Positions 28,646-41,186 of a stretch of 64,000 bases of DNA are shown in pieces (position 1 is the first letter of the stretch; every line of letters starts with the position of its first letter). The notes below the pieces were generated by a model that ran no database searches, was not told the DNA's origin, and worked only from the letters and a program-made list of their open reading frames with translations. This DNA comes from an uncultured Clostridiaceae bacterium (GTDB taxonomy: Bacteria > Bacillota > Clostridia > TANB77 > CAG-508). A program made the position numbers and the translations under genes. The DNA lies in NCBI GenBank assembly GCA_949927585.1, contig CATLFA010000003.1:7998-71997 (forward strand). The letters are read 5' to 3'.

Positions 28646-29533
28646 CTAATTATCCCACTTAGGAACATATTCTTCTTCGTGTTCTCCTAATTCTTGCATA
28701 TAGCCATTTTTAAAATCTAGTAAATAAAAATATTCTTCTACTTGCTTATATTCCTTTTTTGTTAATTTTCTATTTATTAATTCATCTTCTTTTGCTTTAT
28801 ATGTTGGAAAATATTGTGCCATTACATTTATATATACTTCTTCTGGTATATTCTCTTTAAGCCATTTTAGAATGTTTTTTGTATTTTGTATGTAATTTGG
28901 TAATACTAAATGCCTTATCATAACACCTTTTTTTATCATTCCCTCTTCGTCAAATTGTGGGCTACCTACTTGCTTTATCATTTCTAAAATTGCCTTAGTT
29001 GCTATTTCAAAATAGTATGGTGCTTTTGAATATTTTATTGCTATTTCATTTGAGTAATATTTTAAGTCTGGTAAGTATATATCTATATATCCTTTTAGAG
29101 CTTTTATAGTTTCTATTTTTTCATAACCATTTGAATTATATATTATAGGTATACTAAGACCTTTTTCTTTTGCTATTTTTATAGCTTCTATTATGTGGTA
29201 TGCATACATTGTTGGCGTTACTAAATTTATATTATGAGCCCCTCTTTCTTGCTGGGCTATAAAAATTTGGGCTAATTCTTCTATTGTTATTTCATTTCCT
29301 TTTCCTTGCTGACTTATTTCATAATTTTGGCAAAACATACAATGTAAATTGCAATGTGTAAAAAATATAGTTCCAGAGCCGTTTTTTCCACTCATACAAG
29401 GTTCCTCAAAGCTATGTAAACTTACAAGTGATATTTCCAACTTATCAGTTGCCTTACAATTACCGATTTTCTCTAATCTATTAACTTTACATTTATATGG
29501 GCATATTTCACATTTTTTCAATTGTTCTAACAT
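28646..29533 (-). CDS. Radical SAM protein, PflX-like (homologue of pyruvate formate-lyase activase)
   Basis: CNLHCMFCQN radical SAM cluster motif plus an N-terminal Cys cluster CEICPYKC. About 295 aa. Confidence 0.7.
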   Translation of the reverse strand: MLEQLKKCEICPYKCKVNRLEKIGNCKATDKLEISLVSLHSFEEPCMSGKNGSGTIFFTHCNLHCMFCQNYEISQQGKGNEITIEELAQIFIAQQERGAHNINLVTPTMYAYHIIEAIKIAKEKGLSIPIIYNSNGYEKIETIKALKGYIDIYLPDLKYYSNEIAIKYSKAPYYFEIATKAILEMIKQVGSPQFDEEGMIKKGVMIRHLVLPNYIQNTKNILKWLKENIPEEVYINVMAQYFPTYKAKEDELINRKLTKKEYKQVEEYFYLLDFKNGYMQELGEHEEEYVPKWDN

Positions 29534-29704
29534 AATTTTTCCTTCTTTTTACTACATTTTTTTAATTATCTACAAAATTATATTAATATATCTTTCAATA
29601 TAAGCTTGACATCTTATGTGTACTGTTGTATAGTATTTATCGTTATTTATTAATTAGAGCTAGATTTTATAGTTCTACCACAAATTATAAAGGAGACCAT
29701 GACT

Positions 29705-29830
29705 ATGAAAAATATCAACAAAGGTTTAGGTTATCTCGCAATAGCAGCAGTTGCTATCGCACTTGTGATTATGGAGCACCCTTTTATAGCTCTCTTGGTT
29801 GTATTGGGTGGTTTTGAATCACTTAGTTGA
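29705..29830 (+). CDS. Small membrane protein (41 aa)
   Basis: TTGACA-N17-TATAGT promoter, AAGGAG RBS, MKNINKGLGYLAIAAVAIALVIMEHPFIALLVVLGGFESLS. Terminator AATCCTCGCATGAGGATT plus a T-run. Confidence 0.4.
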   Translation: MKNINKGLGYLAIAAVAIALVIMEHPFIALLVVLGGFESLS

Positions 29831-29956
29831 ATGTTTTCTAAAAAATCCTCGCATGAGGATTTTTTATATTATAACACAATTTTAAAAAAAATAATACATT
29901 TTTTTCTAATTTATGCTATAATATAAAAAGTTTGTAATAAGGAGGAAATAAAATAA

Positions 29957-30680
29957 ATGGCAATTATTGAACATGATTTTGATTTTAGTATACGTGATAT
30001 TGATAATAAAACTGAATTAACTAATAGAGCTATGCTTGGCTTTTTTGAGGATATTGGTGGTTACCATTCTGATATTGCTGGGTATGGCTTAAAAGATATT
30101 GAGAATACAAAATTAAGTTGGGTATTACTTCATTGGAAAATTAAAGTTTTAAAAAGAATTAAATATGGGGATTCTATTCATGTAAAAACTTGGTCACGAG
30201 GAGCTGTTCGTGCTTGTTGCTATCGTGATTATGAAATATATAATGCTAAACGGAGAACTATGCACTATCGCTACTTCTAAGTGGACTTTAATTCACTTAG
30301 AAAAAGGACTAATGCGTTTTACTGATGAGTTAGTAGAAAAATATGAAACAGAGAATAAATGCACTTTTGATAATTATAATTTTGATAAATTAAAAGAACC
30401 TGAAAATAGCTGTCTTACTTTTGAATATACTATACAAAGAAGAGATATTGATATTAATAATCATATGCATAATATATGCTATTTAGATTTAGCTTACGAG
30501 GCTTTACCAAAACATATTTATGAGAATACTTCTTTTGATAACATAGAAATTATGTATAAAACTGGTAGCTTGTTAGGTGAAAATGTTAAATGTTTCTATT
30601 CTAATATTGATAGAGAACATACTGTTACTATTAAAAGCGAAGATGAAACTAAACTTCATGCAATAGTGAAACTATATTAA
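29957..30680 (+). CDS. Acyl-ACP thioesterase. Frame interrupted at in-frame CGG 30251-30253.
   Basis: Two collinear ORFs (29957..30280, 30210..30680). The junction ...EIYNAK|GELCTIATSKWTLIHLEKG is restored by skipping the C. Hot-dog fold thioesterase pattern. Confidence 0.75.
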
Positions 30681-30817
30681 AAAAATGCTAACAAAAATAT
30701 GTAAAAAATTTTTGTTAGCATTTTTTCTTAATTTTTTATTGCTTTTATACCTCTTAGGTGTTATAATAGTAAACATAATTTACAGTATTTATTTCAATAA
30801 TAGGAGGTATTCACATA

Positions 30818-31108
30818 ATGGCTAATGAAGTAAGAAACTACCCAAAACCTAGCGACACACTACGGGCACATTACTTACCGCAGGAAGGATTTTATCAACT
30901 GTTTTTTGAAGTTAATGGCAATACAAAAGTTGTAGAACCAATATATGAACCACGTTTTGATTGTGATGGTAAATATATGAAAAGAATTATTTATACTATA
31001 GTAGAAAAGGTAAAAGATTATGGTATCAATTTTTACGATATTGCAAACGCTATCGTTGAATGTTGTAAAAAAAATAATCAAATACCGCCTAAAATTATGT
31101 ATGACTAA
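30818..31108 (+). CDS. Hypothetical protein (96 aa)
   Basis: AGGAGG RBS. Orphan ORF containing an in-frame CGG (30863-30865). Confidence 0.4.
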   Translation: MANEVRNYPKPSDTLRAHYLPQEGFYQLFFEVNGNTKVVEPIYEPRFDCDGKYMKRIIYTIVEKVKDYGINFYDIANAIVECCKKNNQIPPKIMYD

Positions 31109-31130
31109 TATAATCAAAAGGAGGATTAAT

Positions 31131-31478
31131 ATGGCAAAACTATCATTTAGTAGAAAGATTCAAACAATAATAGTAATAGATATCTCTGATACTAACTACT
31201 ATCACCCATATGCATTTGATATAGAACCATGGGAAAAACTTAAAACCATATTAAGTCAGTTTGGTATTATATTATCCTCACCCTATGAATTAGAGTTTGC
31301 TAACGATGAATATCTAATCAAACCAGTTCCAGGACTTCTTGGAGAAACCGCAGCAAATGTATTGTACAAGGGAAAAGTTATCGCAAAAGGCTCTGTTGAA
31401 GGCAGTAACTTTTGTGATGAAGAAGGAGAATTAACTATATATATGGATGTTTTGAAATCTATATATGAAGCAAAATAA
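31131..31478 (+). CDS. Hypothetical protein (115 aa)
   Basis: GGAGGA RBS 5 nt before the ATG (MAKLSFSRK...). Confidence 0.4.
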   Translation: MAKLSFSRKIQTIIVIDISDTNYYHPYAFDIEPWEKLKTILSQFGIILSSPYELEFANDEYLIKPVPGLLGETAANVLYKGKVIAKGSVEGSNFCDEEGELTIYMDVLKSIYEAK

Positions 31479-31554
31479 GCTATTTTTTTAAATTAATACA
31501 TTAATGCAAAAACCCAGATACTATTATAAGTATCTGGGTCTTTTATGGTTTTAT

Positions 31555-31857
31555 TTAATTACAGTGATAAATAAACATCTCACCATTTTTGAGTATTATA
31601 GGAATTCTTCCCTGTTTATCTTTTGTACACACCCTTTTATAGTTTTCCATAAAGTTAAAGTTCTTATCGTAATAAGCTACTCCACTTTTTTGAGATATTT
31701 TGTAAAATTCGCCGTCAGCAACCATTTCTATATGGTTTCCTTCAAATTCTTTTATTTCTTCTGTATTTGTATTAACTAACTTCAGAGTTTTTTCGTTTGT
31801 CACATAAAAGTAATCTTGATTTACTACAACAAATCTATATAACTTGTAATTTTGCAA
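31555..31857 (-). CDS. Hypothetical protein (100 aa)
   Basis: Open frame abutting the next gene. No recognisable motif. Confidence 0.35.
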   Translation of the reverse strand: MQNYKLYRFVVVNQDYFYVTNEKTLKLVNTNTEEIKEFEGNHIEMVADGEFYKISQKSGVAYYDKNFNFMENYKRVCTKDKQGRIPIILKNGEMFIYHCN

Positions 31858-32184
31858 TTACTTTTGATATTTTTCTGGCATTAATTTTATATCTCGAATC
31901 ATATCTCCATTAATCATTCTGTTTCCATTTTTTTCTTCAACTTTTATCCAGTTATCTTCTATCATAACTATTTTACCTGTTACTCCAAAAGATTCATTAA
32001 ACAAACTAATGGTACAAACTTTATTCATAAATTCTTTTATCATTTCTTGTGGCATTTTTCTTTTCCTACCTTTCTTTTTTCTCTTCATTATTTCTAAATA
32101 TAATTTATTACTTCTTGGTATTATTATACAACAAAAAATTATAATAAACCAAAGCCACCAATAATTTATTTTTACCACCTCCAC
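31858..32184 (-). CDS. Hypothetical membrane-anchored protein (108 aa)
   Basis: N-terminal TM segment (WWLWFIIIFCCIII) followed by a basic stretch. Confidence 0.35.
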   Translation of the reverse strand: MEVVKINYWWLWFIIIFCCIIIPRSNKLYLEIMKRKKKGRKRKMPQEMIKEFMNKVCTISLFNESFGVTGKIVMIEDNWIKVEEKNGNRMINGDMIRDIKLMPEKYQK

Positions 32185-32291
32185 AATTATCTGCTCTATA
32201 ATTTGTAATTTTTTGTTATTACAACATTATACTATCTCTTAAATTATTTATGTTCATCTTGTAGAATAAATTCAAAACTTATTGTAATTTG

Positions 32292-32525
32292 TTATTCATC
32301 TATAAAATGATAATATATTCTTAAAAATGTCCCATTAAATATCTTCTTCCAAAATGGAACATATAGTTGTTTATAAGTCTTATTTTTATTTATACAGTTA
32401 TTTAGTTCTTGTGCTAATTTCTCAAAATCTTCATCATCATAATCCCAAGTCGACAAATATTTCGTTAAATCATTATCCCCAAATTTATTTCTATATTCTT
32501 CATAAGCTTTATCATATTTATCCAA
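32292..32525 (-). CDS. Hypothetical protein (77 aa)
   Basis: Open frame only. Confidence 0.3.
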   Translation of the reverse strand: MDKYDKAYEEYRNKFGDNDLTKYLSTWDYDDEDFEKLAQELNNCINKNKTYKQLYVPFWKKIFNGTFLRIYYHFIDE

Positions 32526-32812
32526 TATAGCTCTCCTTTACAAATTTTATTGCTATAATTATAACATTATTTTCAAAAAAAGTATAGTAAAAGTATTTAT
32601 TTTAAAGCTTATCATATTTGCATAAATTTCTTAACTTGAATTTAAAAATAGTAGGCTAAAAAGCTCCTACTATTACATCAAATTCTAAAAATTTGTATTC
32701 TTCACTTTTTACTATTCATTTAGCATAAGGGCACAAAACCTTGTGCCCTTATATTTATAATTATTTACTATTAACTATTTACTAAATTTCTCCATATAAT
32801 AGAGAAATTTGC

Positions 32813-34465
<1,653 letters not shown>

Positions 34466-34578
34466 TCAAAACTCGAAGAGTTTTGTACTCTTCATTATTT
34501 ATTTTTCATTTTTCATTTTTCGTTCAAGTCATTCCTTCAAAGTGCGGGTCGCCTATGGGTCCAACCCCTACATTTATA

Positions 34579-34863
<285 letters not shown>

Positions 34864-34892
34864 TTAATATATTTTATTTACTAATATTAAAA

Positions 34893-34919
34893 TTAGCAGT
34901 CTTTATTTGAGACTGCTAA
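34893..34919. promoter_or_regulatory. CIRCE operator (HrcA binding site) upstream of groES
   Basis: TTAGCAGTC-N9-GACTGCTAA, a symmetric one-base variant of the TTAGCACTC-N9-GAGTGCTAA consensus. Confidence 0.8.
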
Positions 34920-34920
34920 T

Positions 34921-34949
34921 AATTTATACCTTTTTACTTTTAATGTCAA
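34921..34949 (-). promoter_or_regulatory. Probable sigma-A promoter of groESL
   Basis: Minus strand reads TTGACA-N15/17-TATAAAT immediately upstream of CIRCE. Confidence 0.5.
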
Positions 34950-34999
34950 TACTATTGTTTTAAAATTCACATATTTTTCACAAAGTGCCTCTTTTATAT

Positions 35000-36050
35000 T
35001 TATATTCGGTAATTCGCTTTAATATGATTATTTTTGCTTTTAATTTTATAAAATGCATATCTCAAATTACAAAATACCTTTTTAGCAATTTTATAAAAGA
35101 AATATTTTATTGGTTTAAATGGAATGTATATTTCTCCTATTAGTTCTACAAACTCTCCTCCAAAACCTTTTTTAAATCTATATAGTCCGTCTTCTTCTCC
35201 GCTTCTCCATTGAAACTCCTCTAAAATCATATACTTTGCAATTATTTTTTATTGCTAGCTTTACCATTTCCCATTGAAGTAAGTATGTTGACATTAAGTT
35301 TCTATGTTTATTTGAGCTTGCTCCATATAGGTACCACATTTTGTTTCCATATATTATTGGCATTATTGCTGATATTGGATTATTTTCATAGTAGGCTATA
35401 TATATTTTAGTTTGATATGGAAATTCTTTTAATATTTTTTTAAAATATTCTTTTGGTCTTGTCCTAAAATTGTCCCTTTGCCCTGTTTCTTTCATTAGTT
35501 TATAAAATTCATCTATTCCTGCTTCATTTTTTTCTTCTACAATTACGCCTTTTTTTGTAGCCAACCTTACATTATACCTAGTTTTTGAAGCAAAATTTTT
35601 GAATATTTCATCTTCTGTTTTATTTTCTAAATTTAGCCTAAAATTATGCCTTGCTTGTATTTCTTGCTCAAATTTTATGGCTTTACTATTTATTTTATAA
35701 CCTAGTTTTTTTACTAAACTAGCAAATTCTTTATTCTCTTTTTTTACATTTGGCTCTATTATAATTACAAATGCTTTGTATTTTTTTGCTACTTCTTTCA
35801 TTTTTGTTGTTAGTTTTCTTAAAGTTTCTTCATTATATATTTCTCCTATTGGTCCTCTTGGCACATACATTATATTCCCAAATATAGGTAATTTTCTAAT
35901 TAATATACTCATACTTGCTATTATATTTTTATTTTCATCTTCAACTATAACTATTTCATTTTTCCAAAATTCTTTTACTTTTGCCCACTCTTCTGATTGT
36001 TGAAAATCACACAAATCTTCTTTTTTTATAAATTCTTCATATTTTTTCAT
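35000..36050 (-). CDS. FemAB-family peptidoglycan interpeptide-bridge aminoacyltransferase. Frame interrupted at in-frame CGG (plus-strand CCG 35199-35201).
   Basis: Two collinear ORFs. The junction ...YDFRGVSMEK|GEEDGLYRFKKGFGGEFVELIGE is restored by skipping the C. Confidence 0.75.
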
Positions 36051-36358
36051 TACATTTATCCTCCTAGTATGATTGTATATAATAAATGAAAAGAAGGTTT
36101 TAAGAAGTACTTAACTAAATCTTAACTTTTTCTTACATTTATCTTCCTACTTCTATATTAGAGGATATTATTTTATAGATATTTTTTCAATCGTTTTTCT
36201 GTAATCTTGTTGTAAGTAAATTGTAAGGTTTTATGCATATATGGAAGAAGACACCTTATATTGAAGTGAGCCCCAAAATGTTTACTTCAATATAAAAGAT
36301 GTCTTCTTTTTTATTTTATTTAACCTTAAAATATGAAAACTTCACTTTGATATATATT

Positions 36359-37090
36359 TTAGTCTGTTGTCAAATAGTCTTCAAATCCAACTTGCAAATT
36401 CTTAATTTTATAGCTTGGTACTTCTATTTCTACTTTTATATGATTTTTGTTATCTTCTATTACATATACTCCTTTATCTAAGTTTTGATTTTGAAGTTCC
36501 TGTTTTGAGGAAAAATATTGCACATATAATGTTTCTGGCTCAAAACCAAATTTTTCTATTATTCCTAATTCTTGTAGCTGAATTCTTACATTTTCATACA
36601 TTTTACTTTTATTTTCATTTGTACTTTTTTCTTCATCTCCAGCTATATTAATATTACCTATATCTAAAGCCCTATATTCAATATTGTTTACATCTAATGT
36701 GAATATTAATTGGTATTCATCTTCTACTATATACAGCATTCTATCATATAACAATTTTATTTTTCCATTTTTTTGCATTTTACTTATGTATTTATCAATT
36801 TCATTTTCTTCTATATAACTATACTTTTTTATTATATTTCTTATAATTTTACTATTTATTATTATATCTATGTTATTTTGTGTTGGTTCACTAAAATAGT
36901 CATCTATTGCATATCCTATTTTTGATAATATATCAGAAGTATTCTCACTTTTATAATATGTATTTTTGTGCTCTTGCTTTTTATTATTATACGATATTGT
37001 AAAATGTTCTATATTCAAAATAAAACTTATATATAAACATATAATACTACTACCTATTAGCATAAATTTTAAAATTGATTTAAATTTCAT
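36359..37090 (-). CDS. Hypothetical membrane-anchored protein, last gene of the two-component operon
   Basis: N-terminal TM segment. Its start overlaps the histidine kinase stop. Confidence 0.45.
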   Translation of the reverse strand: MKFKSILKFMLIGSSIICLYISFILNIEHFTISYNNKKQEHKNTYYKSENTSDILSKIGYAIDDYFSEPTQNNIDIIINSKIIRNIIKKYSYIEENEIDKYISKMQKNGKIKLLYDRMLYIVEDEYQLIFTLDVNNIEYRALDIGNINIAGDEEKSTNENKSKMYENVRIQLQELGIIEKFGFEPETLYVQYFSSKQELQNQNLDKGVYVIEDNKNHIKVEIEVPSYKIKNLQVGFEDYLTTD

Positions 37091-38489
37091 TTTTCTCTCC
37101 TAATTTTATTATAATTTTTGTGCCCTTGTTTTCTTCGCTTTGTATTTCTAGTATTCCTTCTTGCATTTGTACTATTTGTATACATAGTGGAAGTCCTAAG
37201 CCCATTCCTGAAAATTTCCTGTTTCTGTCTTTACTTAAAGTGTAGAATGGCTCTTTTATTTTTTCTAGTTCTTCTTCTTTTATTCCTTTTCCATAATCTA
37301 TCACTTTTATAACTTTCTTGCTATCTAATTCTATTCTTACAATTGGGTTATTTTCATAAGCATTTATTGCATTTTTTGTTAAATTAATTATTAAAGTTTT
37401 TAATAGTGTTTTGTCAAAATTGACATATACTTCTTTTTCAATTTGCTTTTGGAATACTACATATGGAAATGTAACTTGCATTTCTTCAATTATTCTATTT
37501 AATTTTTCTGACAAATTTATTTTTTCTTTTTTAATACTTCCATTTTCTAAAAGCATTAAGTCCATTAATTTTTGAGAGATTTCTTCTATATATTTTCCTT
37601 CATCGTATATTCTATTATTATATTCTAAAAGTATTTGTTTGTCTGCAACCTTTCCGTTTTTTATTAAGCTTGAATATCCTACTATTGAAGTTAAGGGTGT
37701 TCTTATTTCGTGTGTTAAATTTCCTATAAATCTTTTTCTATTTTCTGAAACTTTTTGTATTTCTGAAATATTTTTTTGAAGTGCAGCAGTCATTTTATTA
37801 AAACTTTTACCTACATTTCCTATTTCATCATTTCCTAATTTTTTTACTTTTGCTGTATAATTTCCTTTTGCAACCTCTTTTACTGTTTTATTTAATATCT
37901 TTATTTTTCTTGTTATGAAACTTACACTTATTGATAATAAGAATGCAATAGTAAGTGAACATACTAAGCTAAGTCTTATAAAATAGTCTATTTGCTCTTT
38001 TTTCATATTATTTATTTTTGAAATATCTGACATTATTACTACTACATTTGTATATTTTCTCATTTTCATAAATAATTTATTGCCTTCTACATATGTAGTT
38101 ATATTTTCATCTGTTTCATATTTTTCTTGCTGGTTATATTCGCTATATCTATCATGTAGTTCGTCACTTGTCATTTTATCTTCTTCTATAAATAATTTTT
38201 GTTCTAATATTTTTGAATAGTCTTCTTTAAAATTTGTATATATCCTTCTACCTTCATCATATATTTCTATATTTACATTATTTTTCAAATAAGTATTTCC
38301 TAGCATAGAAATATTATTAATTCCATATTGTAATTCATTTATTATGTTGTTAATTTGAATCATATTTTTGTCTATTTCTTTTTCTACGTTAGACTGATAT
38401 GTGTAGTTTATCATGTTTATACCTATCAAATTTATTGCTATTATAATGAGTGTAAAAGACATTAGAAATATTTTTTGGCCAAATCCCAT
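37080..38489 (-). CDS. Sensor histidine kinase (HAMP-HisKA-HATPase)
   Basis: Two TM segments, H-box LTHEIRTPLTSI, N/G boxes (NAINAY, DYGKGI, GMGLGL). Confidence 0.85.
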   Translation of the reverse strand: MGFGQKIFLMSFTLIIIAINLIGINMINYTYQSNVEKEIDKNMIQINNIINELQYGINNISMLGNTYLKNNVNIEIYDEGRRIYTNFKEDYSKILEQKLFIEEDKMTSDELHDRYSEYNQQEKYETDENITTYVEGNKLFMKMRKYTNVVVIMSDISKINNMKKEQIDYFIRLSLVCSLTIAFLLSISVSFITRKIKILNKTVKEVAKGNYTAKVKKLGNDEIGNVGKSFNKMTAALQKNISEIQKVSENRKRFIGNLTHEIRTPLTSIVGYSSLIKNGKVADKQILLEYNNRIYDEGKYIEEISQKLMDLMLLENGSIKKEKINLSEKLNRIIEEMQVTFPYVVFQKQIEKEVYVNFDKTLLKTLIINLTKNAINAYENNPIVRIELDSKKVIKVIDYGKGIKEEELEKIKEPFYTLSKDRNRKFSGMGLGLPLCIQIVQMQEGILEIQSEENKGTKIIIKLGEKNEI

Positions 38490-38514
38490 TTTTATATCTA
38501 CTCCTATTTAATTA

Positions 38515-39162
38515 TTATTCTTTTAATATATATCCTATTTTGTTTACAGTTACTATATTTTCTTTTAAATCTAATTTTTTTCGTAATTGTTGTATGTGAT
38601 AATCTACTGTTCTTGTTTCTATTTGTGCATTTATATCCCATACTTTATTTAATATTTCATCTCTTGTTAATACTCTGTTTTGATTTTTGACAAGTAATAT
38701 AAATAGTTCATATTCTTTTGGTGCTAAATATACTATTTCTTCATTTTTGTATATAGTTCTTGCATTTTCATTTATTTTTATATTTCTAAAATTATATTCT
38801 TTTTCCTTTTTATTTTCCATTCGAAGTTCAATTCTTGCTAAAAGCTCTAATGGCTCAAATGGTTTTGTTATATAATCTTTTCCTCCATTTTTTAATCCTT
38901 TTACAATTGTACTTACATCATTTTTCGCAGATAAGAATATAATTGGAACATCTTTATTTTCCATTTGCTCTACTATTTGAAAGCCATCTAATTTTGGTAG
39001 CATTATATCTAGCAAAATTAAATCATATGTGTTTTCGTTTAGCTTTTTGAGTGCATCTTCTCCATCAAAACTACAATCAAATTGATAGTTTGCTAAGCTT
39101 AAAGTATCTTGTATTAATTTTGATATATTTTTTTCATCTTCAACTATTAATATTTTTGACAT
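38515..39162 (-). CDS. OmpR-family response regulator
   Basis: Receiver domain (KILIVEDE...LILLDIMLPKLDG...) plus a winged-helix output domain (LTRDEILNKVW...RTVDYHIQQLRKKL). Confidence 0.9.
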   Translation of the reverse strand: MSKILIVEDEKNISKLIQDTLSLANYQFDCSFDGEDALKKLNENTYDLILLDIMLPKLDGFQIVEQMENKDVPIIFLSAKNDVSTIVKGLKNGGKDYITKPFEPLELLARIELRMENKKEKEYNFRNIKINENARTIYKNEEIVYLAPKEYELFILLVKNQNRVLTRDEILNKVWDINAQIETRTVDYHIQQLRKKLDLKENIVTVNKIGYILKE

Positions 39163-39413
39163 TTTCTAGTGCTCCCCTCTTTTTTATATTCTTAGGAAAG
39201 TCATCTGCCATAACGGTGAGTTTCCTAAGAATATAATTATGGAAGAATTAGATTTTCTTAGCAAAGAATGAGCTTAGAAAGTCTTATTCTTGTTTTCTAT
39301 TTTAGCATTTTTTTATGTTTATTACAATTGATTGTTTGTAAGTTTTTTGTAAGGATTTTTAAGTAAAAAATAACCAATATTAACTTATCATTAATATTGG
39401 TTATTTTTCGCCA

Positions 39414-39620
39414 TTAGAGTATTTCTCTCATTTTTTTCTCTTCTTCTGTAAGATTCATATAATTATCAGAACCTTTTTCTGCAACTTGAAGGGCATATTC
39501 CAGTACCGCTTTTGGTATGTCTTCTTTAGGAATTACTGTAAAACAGCCACACTCTGGGCATATGCATCCATAATCAAAATCGCCATCATAAGCTCTTTTG
39601 ACGATATCTCCATCTTCCAA
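39414..39620 (-). CDS. Small Cys-containing hypothetical ORF, probably the 3' remnant of a longer gene
   Basis: The frame stays open upstream to about 39702 (…RCTGKGGWKQKHKPCYGILT…) with no ATG or RBS. The TTG start in the track is unsupported. Confidence 0.3.
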   Translation of the reverse strand: MEDGDIVKRAYDGDFDYGCICPECGCFTVIPKEDIPKAVLEYALQVAEKGSDNYMNLTEEEKKMREIL

Positions 39621-39747
39621 TGTTAATATTCCATAACAAGGCTTGTGTTTCTGTTTCCATCCGCCTTTTCCTGTACACCTAACATCTAAAGTCCAATTTG
39701 GTTATTATATAATATTTTTATGACAATTGCAATATAATTACTGCTTT

Positions 39748-41019
39748 TTATTGTATTTCTAATATATTTTTCACATCCTCATAAATATAAAAACTTCCAA
39801 TTGCAAAACTAACTTTATTTTCTTGCTTTTTTGCATATAAAATTGCTTCTTGTAAATTCATTTTGTATAGTTTATTGTTTTTTGTTGTATTTTTAGCTGT
39901 TTTATATAATTCTTCACTTGATACATATCTTTCTTTGTTATTTCCACTTGTAAATATAAATGTAGAGCCTTCATCTTTTAATAAGTAGTTTAACACTGTT
40001 TTGTAATCTTTGCTTTTTAATATAGATATAATATATATCTTTTCTTTTTGTTTATAATATGTATTTACTGTATTTATGAAGTTTAAAATTGCTTCTTCAT
40101 TATGCCCACCATCATATATTATTAGGGGATTTTTGTTTATTATTTCAAACCTTGCTTTATGTATTACTGACTGCAAACCTTCTTTTATTGCTTTTTCTGA
40201 TATATTAAACCCTTTTTGTTTTAGTATATTAATTGCCTCTAAGCATATACTAGCATTTTCAAATTGCTTGTCCCCTTTTAGGTTTAGTTTTATATTTTTA
40301 TTTTGCTTATAGTCAAATACTAAAAATTCATTTTCATATTTTTTATTTTGTATATCGGCTTTTTTTATAACACTTAATTCATTATTTTTGTTTAAGCATG
40401 TTTCTTCTATTATTCTTTGAATAGATGGTTTTTGCTCTACTATGACAGTATTAGAGTTTTCCTTTATAATTCCTGCTTTTTGTATTGCTATTTCTCTTAA
40501 TGTTTGCCCTAAAATTGCCATATGGTCATAGCTAATTGAAGTAATTATAGATACTAATGGCCATACTATGTTTGTACAATCGTATAAACCACCTAAGCCT
40601 GTTTCTAGAACTACAAAGTCACAATCTTTTTCTTTAAAATAGTATAGTGCCATAGTTGTTAATAATTCAAATAAAGTTACTTTTGTGCTACTCATTTTAT
40701 TATATTTTTCTATTTTATCTTCTAGCTTTTCTATTATATTTTCCATTTCTTTGTCTGTTATATCTTGCCCATTTACGCTAATTCTTTCATTGTATTTTAT
40801 TAAGTGTGGTGAAATATATTTTCCTACTTTATATCCGTTTTTAGTTAAAATATTAGCTAACATTTCTGTGGTACTCCCTTTTCCATTTGTACCTGCTATA
40901 TGAATAATTTTTAACTTCTTTTCTGGATGTCCTAATTCTTCCATAAAATATTCCATTGCCTTTAATGTTGGATTTTTTGCTTCTTTATAAAAATTATTAA
41001 AATATTCTTCTATGTTCAT
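39748..41019 (-). CDS. folC: Bifunctional folylpolyglutamate synthase / dihydrofolate synthase
   Basis: Mur-ligase P-loop HIAGTNGKGST, with start MNIEEYFNNF after the AAAGGAG RBS. Confidence 0.85.
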   Translation of the reverse strand: MNIEEYFNNFYKEAKNPTLKAMEYFMEELGHPEKKLKIIHIAGTNGKGSTTEMLANILTKNGYKVGKYISPHLIKYNERISVNGQDITDKEMENIIEKLEDKIEKYNKMSSTKVTLFELLTTMALYYFKEKDCDFVVLETGLGGLYDCTNIVWPLVSIITSISYDHMAILGQTLREIAIQKAGIIKENSNTVIVEQKPSIQRIIEETCLNKNNELSVIKKADIQNKKYENEFLVFDYKQNKNIKLNLKGDKQFENASICLEAINILKQKGFNISEKAIKEGLQSVIHKARFEIINKNPLIIYDGGHNEEAILNFINTVNTYYKQKEKIYIISILKSKDYKTVLNYLLKDEGSTFIFTSGNNKERYVSSEELYKTAKNTTKNNKLYKMNLQEAILYAKKQENKVSFAIGSFYIYEDVKNILEIQ

Positions 41020-41186
41020 TAAAAAATCTCCTTTCATTTTCATTCCACGTGAAAATGAAAGAAGATTTTTCTTCTTTTATTTTTCATAGCGGAATGCGAA
41101 AATAGATACGCAAGTTAAACTTTTGCCTTAGTAACAACTTCCCGTTTACTAAGTCTTAACGATTTATTTTCTACTCTATTTTTTAT

